DNA from: an uncultured bacterium
GTDB taxonomy: Bacteria; Cyanobacteriota; Vampirovibrionia; Gastranaerophilales; Gastranaerophilaceae
Length of the DNA: 64,000 bases
Reading direction: 5' to 3'
NCBI GenBank assembly: GCA_949284985.1
Contig: CASDWY010000013.1
Span: 12,845-76,844 of the forward strand
A program made the translations under genes and the position numbers. Shown here in pieces: positions 56,581-64,000 of this stretch. The first letter of the stretch is position 1, and the number at the start of each line of letters is the position of its first letter. The notes below the pieces were generated by a model. The model had not been told where the DNA came from. It did not search any database and was given only the letters and a program-made list of their open reading frames with translations.

Positions 56581-57276
56581 ATGAATAAATTAGATTTGAT
56601 TAAAAATAAAGTTATAGTTTCCTGCCAAGCAATGCCAAACGAGCCTTTATACAAAGAGGAATGCATGAAAGCAATGATTCAATCAGTGCTAAAAGGAATG
56701 CCTGCCGGATTAAGAGTTGCCGGGACTCGTGATGTTAAATTGGCAAAAAGTCTTACTACATTGCCTGTAATAGGAATTACCAAGCCTGATGTTATTCCGC
56801 CAAATTTCAAAGAGATAGTATATATAACCCCAACAATAGCTGATGTGACAGCACTTGCCCAAGCTGGAGCAGATATTATTGCATTTGACGCAACAACAAG
56901 ACCTCGCCCCGGCGGTGACACTTTAAAAAATATTATAAAATTTATTAAAATAAATAAAAAAATTGCTATGGCTGATATTTCAACCTTTGAAGAAGGGCTT
57001 AATGCTAGAGCCTTGGGTGCTGATATTTTATCCACTACATTATCTGGCTATACAACACAATCAAATTTTGATGGCAAAGAACCGGATTTCGATTTGCTAA
57101 AAAAACTTGTTAACACTGTTCACTGCCCAGTTATCCTTGAGGGAAGAATTTGGACATTAGAACACGTAAAAAAAGCATTTGACCTTGGAGCACATTCTGT
57201 TGTAATCGGCTCAGCAATAACAAGACCCCAGCTCATAACTAAAATGTTTGTAAGCTGGAATAAAATCGTTGACTAA
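56581..57276 (+). CDS. nanE: N-acetylmannosamine-6-phosphate 2-epimerase
   Basis: MNKLDLIKNKVIVSCQA...; ...ILSTTLSGYT...; VVIGSAITRP. Confidence 0.85.
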   Translation: MNKLDLIKNKVIVSCQAMPNEPLYKEECMKAMIQSVLKGMPAGLRVAGTRDVKLAKSLTTLPVIGITKPDVIPPNFKEIVYITPTIADVTALAQAGADIIAFDATTRPRPGGDTLKNIIKFIKINKKIAMADISTFEEGLNARALGADILSTTLSGYTTQSNFDGKEPDFDLLKKLVNTVHCPVILEGRIWTLEHVKKAFDLGAHSVVIGSAITRPQLITKMFVSWNKIVD

Positions 57277-57304
57277 CTATAAATTTTTGCAGAAAGGACA
57301 TTGG

Positions 57305-58177
57305 ATGAAATCTTTAGGTATCGATATAGGCGGCACAAAAATTTATGCAGCAGTTGTAGCAGAAAACGGAACACTTTTATCTGAAATTAAAAAATACGCT
57401 ACTCCAAAAACACGGAAAGAAATTGAACAAATATTAAAGGAGATTATCCAAAACTTTGAAGCCCAAGTTGACGTTATAGGTATTTCTACAGCAGGAGCCG
57501 TAGACAACACCAATACAAAAATTCTTGGCTCAACAGGGAACTTATGCATAGATTACCCTAAAATTAACTTTATGAAGCTTTCTTCAAAAAAAGTAGTAAT
57601 AGAAAATGATGCAAACTGCGCTGCATGGGCCGAATTTAAACTTAACCCGGAAAAAAATAAACAAAATATCGTAGTTCTAACACTTGGAACCGGGGTAGGT
57701 GGTGGGATTATAGTTAATGGTCAACTTCTAAAAGGCAAAAACGGCGCAGCAGGTGAAATGCACTTTAAAATGAGCCGCAACAAACGCAGACAATGCACGT
57801 GTGGAGCATATGACTGCTTTGAAATATATGCCTCTGGTACAGGTCTAAAACTTACAGCACAAGAACTTTCGGGAAATCCTGCTATGACTACTTATGACGT
57901 AATAGAAGGAGTAAAAAATAAAGATGAATTATGTTCAAAAATTTTGCAAACCTGGCAAAATGATATAATAGACGGTATTATTGGTCTGGCAAATATATTT
58001 GATCCTGATTATGTTATTCTCTCCGGCTCAATGGCACAATTTGTAGATTACGAAAAAATTACTCTATCTGTAAACAAAGAAATAGTAACAACACCTACCA
58101 AAGTAATACCTGCAAAATTTGCAAATAATGCCGGATTAATAGGTGCTGCTATTCTTGCAATGGAAAAAATCAAATAA
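57305..58177 (+). CDS. ROK family sugar kinase (possibly N-acetylmannosamine kinase)
   Basis: ATG after an AAAGGA RBS. LGIDIGGTKI, GTGVGGGII, ROK Zn motif CTCGAYDCFE. Adjacent to nanE. Confidence 0.75.
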   Translation: MKSLGIDIGGTKIYAAVVAENGTLLSEIKKYATPKTRKEIEQILKEIIQNFEAQVDVIGISTAGAVDNTNTKILGSTGNLCIDYPKINFMKLSSKKVVIENDANCAAWAEFKLNPEKNKQNIVVLTLGTGVGGGIIVNGQLLKGKNGAAGEMHFKMSRNKRRQCTCGAYDCFEIYASGTGLKLTAQELSGNPAMTTYDVIEGVKNKDELCSKILQTWQNDIIDGIIGLANIFDPDYVILSGSMAQFVDYEKITLSVNKEIVTTPTKVIPAKFANNAGLIGAAILAMEKIK

Positions 58178-58232
58178 CAAATATCTTTGTAGTAAAATAT
58201 TCTTATGAAAACTAAAAAATAAGGATTTTATT

Positions 58233-60902
58233 ATGCCAAAATATTTAACTACAGATGAAATAAGAGAAAAATACATAAATTTTTTTGAAAAAGAACATCA
58301 ACATACACATGTAGAAAGTTCATCTTTGGTTCCAGATAACCCAACTGTACTTCTTACAACAGCAGGAATGCTTCAATTTTTACCAATTTTTCTGGGGCTA
58401 GAGCAATCACCATATAATCCTGCAAGAGCAACTTCCTGCCAAAAATGTGCAAGAGCAGGCGGAAAAGATTCAGATATAGAAAACGTTGGGAGAACTCCTC
58501 GCCATCACACGTTTTTTGAAATGCTTGGTAACTTTTCATTTGGTGATTACTATAAAAAAGAAATTATTCCTTGGGCTTGGGATTTTGTTACAAATCACTT
58601 AGGATTAGAAAAAGATCGTTTGTGGGTTACTATTTTTGAAACAGACGATGAAGCTTATGAAATTTGGACATCCAAAACAGATATTAGCCCGGATAGAATT
58701 AAACGAAAAGGGAAAAAAGACAATTTTTGGGGACCTCCAGGGGCAACCGGCTCTTGTGGTCCATGCTCTGAAATTCATTATGATTTAGGAGAAAACTTAA
58801 AATGTTCCGATAATTGCGGAATAGATACATGTGAATGCGACAGATGGGTTGAAATATGGAACTTGGTATTCACAGAACTTTTTCAAGACGAAGAAGGAAA
58901 CCACTCACCGCTTGAAAAGAAAAACGTTGATACTGGAATGGGACTTGAACGTATCGCAATGGTAGTACAGGGTAAAACCTCAACATTTGAAACAGATTTA
59001 CTTCAAAAAATACTGGACAAAGCCTCTGAAATAACAGGTGTAAAATATAAAACATCTGATAAATCAGATATATCACTTAGAATTATAACTGATCACGCAC
59101 GATGCGTAAGCTTCCTCATTGCAGACGGTGTAGTTCCGGGGAATGAAGGTAGAAGCTATGTGCTTAGGATGATTCTAAGACGCGCACTCAGACATGGAAA
59201 AATTTTAGGTGTAGATGTTGATTTTCTTCACAAAATGGTTCCAACAGTTATAGAATGCTACGGAAAAACTTATCCGGAATTAATTAATAAACAACAAAAA
59301 ATTATTGATGTTATAAAAAAAGAAGAAAATCAATTTAAACAAACACTTGATCGTGGGCAAAAACTTCTCGATGAATGCATTCAAAAAGCACTTAATACTG
59401 ATAATGTTATTAATGGAGCTGATGCTTTTAAGCTATACGATACATTTGGATTTCCGCTTGAACTTACTGTGGAAATTGCAGAAGAATCAAATGTAAAAGT
59501 TGATACAGATGCCTTTAAAACGGAAATGGAAGAACAGCGACAAAGAGCTAAAGCTTCTGTGCAAAAAATTGTTCTAACAGATGAGCTTGTATACGCAAAT
59601 ATTGAAAAAGAACAAGGCTCAACAAATTTTATTGGATATGAAAACTTAACCAGCGAAGATGCAAAAGTTACAGCTATAGTTAAAGATGGTTTAGTGGTAA
59701 ATAGCATAGATGCAAGCGATGATACAGCAGATATTATTTTAGATAAAACCCCGTTTTACGCAGAATCCGGTGGTCAAGTAGGCGATAAGGGGCTAATTTA
59801 TACTAAAGACTTTAAAGCAGAAGTAGAAACTACATTTAAAGTAAATAAATTGTTTGTCCATCGCGTAAAAATTATTGATGGGTCAATAAAAACAGGAGAA
59901 TTTGTTTGTGCCAAAGTAGACACGGTAAAAAGACAACAAACAAGAGTTCATCACTCACTCGCACACCTGCTTCAAGCAGCACTTATAAAAGTACTTGGCG
60001 ATGAAGTTCACCAAACTGGTTCACAGGTTGACGAAAATCGTACGCGATTTGATTTTTCATTTCCAAGAGCAATGACTAAAGAGGAAATACAAAAAGTAGA
60101 GAATATTATTAATACGTGGATAGATCAAAGACTGGAACAAAATACCCAAATTATGGATATAAATGAAGCTAAAAACAAAGGTGCAACTGCCTTATTTGGT
60201 GAAAAATACGAAGATAAAGTCCGCGTAGTTTCAATAGGTGAAATATCAAAAGAACTTTGCGGAGGTACTCATGCAGATAATACCTCTGAACTTAGAATAG
60301 CAAAGATCATTTCAGAAAGTGCTATTTCTGCAGGCTCAAGAAGAATAGAAGCTGTTTGCGCTGATTCTGCAATTAATATTTTAAATAAAAAAGCAAATGA
60401 AGTTGACTCAATTGCACAAGTATTAAAAACACCTGTAAATGAACTATTTAATAGAATTGATAAACTTCTCACCGAAAACAAAGATTTGCAAAACGAACTT
60501 GCAAATCTTAAAAATGAAGTAGCAAAATATAAATTTGGTTCATTTATTTCAAAAGCTAAAGATATAGATGGTGGAAAAATTTTAATCACTAAAACCGAAC
60601 CATTTGAACCACAAGTACTAAAAACAGCCGCAGAAGCTCTGGTATCAAAACTTGGTGATTCTATAGTAGTTTTTGTAGCACAAAAAGATGATAAAAACGG
60701 CATGATTATGGCTAAGGTCTCAGAAAACTTTGTAAAAAAAGGTTTTAATGCCGGTAAAATAGTTAGCGAAATAGCAAAAAAATGCAATGGCAATGGCGGC
60801 GGCAAGCCAAATTTTGCACAAGGTGGCGCCAAGGATTTGTCAAACATAAATCAAATTCTTGAAGAAATTGAAAATAACTTAATAAATCAACTAAATAATT
60901 AA
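58233..60902 (+). CDS. alaS: Alanine--tRNA ligase
   Basis: 889 aa. FEMLGNFSFGDY, editing-domain HSLAHLL...CGGTH, C-terminal GGGKPNFAQGG. Confidence 0.95.
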   Translation: MPKYLTTDEIREKYINFFEKEHQHTHVESSSLVPDNPTVLLTTAGMLQFLPIFLGLEQSPYNPARATSCQKCARAGGKDSDIENVGRTPRHHTFFEMLGNFSFGDYYKKEIIPWAWDFVTNHLGLEKDRLWVTIFETDDEAYEIWTSKTDISPDRIKRKGKKDNFWGPPGATGSCGPCSEIHYDLGENLKCSDNCGIDTCECDRWVEIWNLVFTELFQDEEGNHSPLEKKNVDTGMGLERIAMVVQGKTSTFETDLLQKILDKASEITGVKYKTSDKSDISLRIITDHARCVSFLIADGVVPGNEGRSYVLRMILRRALRHGKILGVDVDFLHKMVPTVIECYGKTYPELINKQQKIIDVIKKEENQFKQTLDRGQKLLDECIQKALNTDNVINGADAFKLYDTFGFPLELTVEIAEESNVKVDTDAFKTEMEEQRQRAKASVQKIVLTDELVYANIEKEQGSTNFIGYENLTSEDAKVTAIVKDGLVVNSIDASDDTADIILDKTPFYAESGGQVGDKGLIYTKDFKAEVETTFKVNKLFVHRVKIIDGSIKTGEFVCAKVDTVKRQQTRVHHSLAHLLQAALIKVLGDEVHQTGSQVDENRTRFDFSFPRAMTKEEIQKVENIINTWIDQRLEQNTQIMDINEAKNKGATALFGEKYEDKVRVVSIGEISKELCGGTHADNTSELRIAKIISESAISAGSRRIEAVCADSAINILNKKANEVDSIAQVLKTPVNELFNRIDKLLTENKDLQNELANLKNEVAKYKFGSFISKAKDIDGGKILITKTEPFEPQVLKTAAEALVSKLGDSIVVFVAQKDDKNGMIMAKVSENFVKKGFNAGKIVSEIAKKCNGNGGGKPNFAQGGAKDLSNINQILEEIENNLINQLNN

Positions 60903-60930
60903 AAAAAAAAGCGGTACTTACCGCTTTTTT
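60903..60930 (+). terminator. Rho-independent terminator after alaS
   Basis: A-run, gcggta-ct-taccgc, T6. Confidence 0.8.
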
Positions 60931-61009
60931 AAATGAACTTGCTTTTTTTATAGAAAAAATGCTAATATACTTCTATAAAAGGATATCTGCTACTTTATGG
61001 GAATAATTT

Positions 61010-62029
61010 ATGGCAAAAATAAGAAATCTAGCACTAAAAGATATACCCAAAATAAATAAATTAATGTCCTTTATGGATGTTCAAATAAAATCATTTTTTG
61101 ATGGCATAGTCTTACCCTACCCCATTACAATGATTTACAATTTATTACCTATGCGATTCAAGTTCATGCCGGAATCATATGTTATAACAGACAAAGGTTC
61201 TATACTTGCATTTATTTCCGTAAGAAAAAGTGACAACAATCATAGGAAATGGAAAGTTTCAAAACTTTTTATGGCAGAAAACTCTTACGAAGCAGGTCTT
61301 TTACTGCTTCAATATATCATAACCAAATTTGGTGCCAAAGGTGCGAATACCTTTATTGCCGGAATAGATGAAACACAAAATGAACTCATTAACTTATTTA
61401 TTAAAGGGGCAGGCTTCCGCCAATGTTCAAGACACCAAATATGGCAAAACGATAATACTGTCGAATTACTTACACCAAATACACTTTTTGACGAATTTCA
61501 ATTGCGTCCATTTCAAACTTCCGATGCAAAATCGGTTGCAAACCTTTTTAACGAAACACTTTTAACTCACTTCCGTCCAACTCTTAATAAAAATAAAAAA
61601 GAATTTTATGAAAACTTATTAACAGGGTTTTGTGGACCTTCTTGTTTTAATTATATTTTAGAAAATAAACAATCAAAACAAATCATATGTTATTTTTCAT
61701 TAAAAACAACCAATAACAAAAATTTTCTTATGGATATTATTGTAAATAAAGGCTATGAACACCTTTATAATTCTATTATTAATTATGGCATTAATATGGC
61801 AAAAAAACGCACACTAACCCCAAACTTTTATGTTTTAAATAGATGTTACTTACAAACAGCTGCACATTGCGAATCTGTATTAAAGGAACATGGGTTCAAA
61901 GTAATAAACAGTCGTGCAATACTAATTAAAGATCTGTTTAGGACAATAAATAATGAAAATACCGAAAAGCAAGCACTTTTTTATACTGATATAAACTCAA
62001 CACCGGTATTCAAATCAGAGCTTTTTTAA
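61010..62029 (+). CDS. Hypothetical protein, possibly tandem GNAT-like acetyltransferase folds
   Basis: 339 aa. Weak GNAT-like pattern (ITKFGAKGANTF). The 3' end overlaps murT by 15 nt. Confidence 0.3.
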   Translation: MAKIRNLALKDIPKINKLMSFMDVQIKSFFDGIVLPYPITMIYNLLPMRFKFMPESYVITDKGSILAFISVRKSDNNHRKWKVSKLFMAENSYEAGLLLLQYIITKFGAKGANTFIAGIDETQNELINLFIKGAGFRQCSRHQIWQNDNTVELLTPNTLFDEFQLRPFQTSDAKSVANLFNETLLTHFRPTLNKNKKEFYENLLTGFCGPSCFNYILENKQSKQIICYFSLKTTNNKNFLMDIIVNKGYEHLYNSIINYGINMAKKRTLTPNFYVLNRCYLQTAAHCESVLKEHGFKVINSRAILIKDLFRTINNENTEKQALFYTDINSTPVFKSELF

Positions 62030-63358
62030 AAATTCCTGCATATATAAAAGAGCTGTATAAGTTGGCAAAATGTTCAAAGTTTGGTTTTCAGGAAGAGACT
62101 CAAGTGCGCCTATAACTGCAGCTTTAACATCTTGAATAACCTTAATATTATTTTCATTAAATCCTGCATATTTTAACCTTAAAGCCATATCATAAGCGCG
62201 TTTACCCGAAACATATATAGTATTTTCATACGAAGCTAAAGCTTCAAAATCTGTATCCCACAACCAAGAAACATCACGACCATCAGCATACTCATCATTA
62301 ATCGCAATTAAAAGACCTGACTTGTTATTGTTACTTATTGTCCTAATAACCTCACTTGCTCCAACCGGATTTTTTATAAGTTGAATAAAGACAGGTTTGC
62401 CTTTTACTTCAATTCGTTCTGCTCGACCAAATACTGATTGAAACCTGTCTAGTGCGTTTTGTATCTTATCCGGAGAAATTTTTAACAAAAGTCCCATTGC
62501 TATTGCAGCTAAAGCATTATATACATTATAAAGTCCTGGTATATTAACAATAAAAGTATAAGACTTTCCATCATATTTTACAGTTAATTCAGCTTTATCT
62601 TTATAGACCTTAGCACTTGCTGCGACATCAGGAACTTTTCTGCTATATCCGCAACTACAGTAATAATGTCCTATATGGGCATAAAAACTTTTTGTATAAT
62701 TTAAAGGTAATGAACATTGGCAATATACATTTTCTTTTGCTGAATGTGTTTCGGGGTTAATATCTACCATATTGATATCTTCAAAACCATAAGTCAAAGT
62801 GTTTTTTGTATACAAAGAATGCAACATCGGGTCATCTGCATTCAAAACAACTTTCAAATTAGGATTTTTATCTATAGCGGTTCTTATTTTTCTAGCCGTT
62901 GTTTCCAGCTCTCCATACCTGTCAAGCTGATCTCTAAACAAATTTGTAACAACAAGATAATCCGCTTTTATATCATCATAAATTTTGCTCAAATAAGCTT
63001 CGTCATTTTCCAAAACAAAGTAATCCGATTTTTTAAAAAGACTAACTCCGGAAGCTAATGCGGAGGCTATACCTTGAGGCATATTTGCGCCTTTCTGATT
63101 ATGGACTACAGACGCTCCGCTGCTTTTTAATATGGCAGCTAATATTCCCGAAGTAGTCGTTTTTCCGTTTGTTCCTGTTACTGTTATAATTTCTTTTTTA
63201 CTATAACCGCTAATATTATGTAAAAACGAATTATCAATCTTTGTTGCAACCATTCCCGGTAAAGAAGTCGCTTGTTTCTTGCATATTTGTAAAGCCTTTT
63301 CTATAAACTTTGCACTTATAAATGCTGTATAAAACTTAATTTTTTCAAAAATATTCAT
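62015..63358 (-). CDS. murT: Mur-ligase-family lipid II isoglutaminyl synthase subunit MurT
   Basis: 447 aa. VTGTNGKTTT, VVTNLFRDQLDRYGE, Cys4 ribbon YCQC...YYCSCGYSR, C-terminal DUF1727-like NDEYADGRDVSWLWDTDFE. Closely parallels S. aureus MurT as I recall it. Confidence 0.8.
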   Translation of the reverse strand: MNIFEKIKFYTAFISAKFIEKALQICKKQATSLPGMVATKIDNSFLHNISGYSKKEIITVTGTNGKTTTSGILAAILKSSGASVVHNQKGANMPQGIASALASGVSLFKKSDYFVLENDEAYLSKIYDDIKADYLVVTNLFRDQLDRYGELETTARKIRTAIDKNPNLKVVLNADDPMLHSLYTKNTLTYGFEDINMVDINPETHSAKENVYCQCSLPLNYTKSFYAHIGHYYCSCGYSRKVPDVAASAKVYKDKAELTVKYDGKSYTFIVNIPGLYNVYNALAAIAMGLLLKISPDKIQNALDRFQSVFGRAERIEVKGKPVFIQLIKNPVGASEVIRTISNNNKSGLLIAINDEYADGRDVSWLWDTDFEALASYENTIYVSGKRAYDMALRLKYAGFNENNIKVIQDVKAAVIGALESLPENQTLNILPTYTALLYMQEFLKKL

Positions 63359-63428
63359 AAATAATGCTAACTATGTATTTATTCCCTCACAGTTTTCTAT
63401 TATAATCAAAAAAAAGGTTAAAGTATAT

Positions 63429-63785
63429 ATGGGCGCAATTTTAATATTATTAATAATATCAATTCAGTTCCTAATCTGTTACTTCTCCGTTAAAAGATTA
63501 TCAGACTTAAACAACAATCTTATAAAACTAAATCAAAAAGTTGAAGACGTCTCTAAACAAATTCCACTAAAATTTGATACAGTAAGACAAAGTCTTCAAT
63601 ATATTAATCAAACTCTTTTTAACCTTTACGAAAACAAACAAAAAATATTGCTCTACAGGAAACTTGTCCTGCTAAAATCTACTATTGTTGCAATAATCTT
63701 ATTTAAAAAAAGAAAAAATATACTTAACTTCTTTTCGTTATATGATATTGTTAGTAAATTTATTAAAAAAATTATGGAATTCTAA
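63429..63785 (+). CDS. Hypothetical membrane protein
   Basis: 118 aa, N-terminal TM plus a second hydrophobic segment. TAATG overlap with the tatD-like gene. Confidence 0.4.
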   Translation: MGAILILLIISIQFLICYFSVKRLSDLNNNLIKLNQKVEDVSKQIPLKFDTVRQSLQYINQTLFNLYENKQKILLYRKLVLLKSTIVAIILFKKRKNILNFFSLYDIVSKFIKKIMEF

Positions 63786-64000
63786 TGATAATCGATACGC
63801 ACGCACACATTGATTTTGAAGAATACAAAGACACATTTGAAGAAATGCTCGCAGAAGCAAAATTAAATCACGTTGAAAGAATCATTATTCCTGCTGTCGA
63901 GCCTACAACTTTTAATCGCATTCTCAACATTGCACAAAAATACGACAATATATATTGTGCAATGGGTATACACCCATCAGAAGCAAAAACTTATAACAAA
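63785..64000 (+). CDS. TatD-family metal-dependent hydrolase (5' part; runs off window)
   Basis: Hand translation: MIIDTHAHIDFEEY...IIIPAVEP...YCAMGIHPSEA. The HxH motif is typical of TatD. Confidence 0.75.
   Translation, partial: MIIDTHAHIDFEEYKDTFEEMLAEAKLNHVERIIIPAVEPTTFNRILNIAQKYDNIYCAMGIHPSEAKTYNK

Overview
AT-rich 64 kb chromosomal segment with dense coding on both strands and no rRNA, CRISPR, transposase or integrase seen. All calls come from reading motifs by eye; no search was run.

Lineage: the gene mix points to a diderm, anaerobic, fermentative bacterium. That mix is flagellin with a sigma-28 promoter, a type IV pilus/T2SS-like operon, scattered prepilin-like genes, an SLH-domain envelope protein, TolC-like and AsmA-like proteins, a VKOR-thioredoxin fusion, PFL/PFL-activase, PPDK and nanE plus a ROK kinase. 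My best guess is Melainabacteria/Vampirovibrionia (Gastranaerophilales-like), which is inference only.

Housekeeping genes:
- Translation and tRNA-related: cca (partial), rsmE, mnmE, rplJ-rplL, rimP-nusA, alaS, queH, tRNA-Val(GAC), tRNA-Ala(UGC).
- Other: relA/spoT, ppdK, ahcY, folP, pgi, murT, tatD (partial).

Most interesting:
1. A tightly packed six-gene operon at 48.15-53.24 kb plus a convergent vWA gene. It encodes two vWA proteins, a degenerate FHA-like polytopic membrane protein, two TonB-C-like proteins (one with a zinc ribbon) and a beta/Gly-zipper protein. It matches no named system I recognise.
2. A very Cys-rich SLH protein whose C-terminal module recurs in that operon.
3. A G11/C11 homopolymer and an intrinsic terminator in the leader region of a pilin-like gene.
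4. A (CT)4 anti-Shine-Dalgarno-like motif that precedes terminators at three intergenic sites. Two of these look like orphan small RNAs.
5. A tandem MshEN-type c-di-GMP-binding motif in the pilus ATPase.
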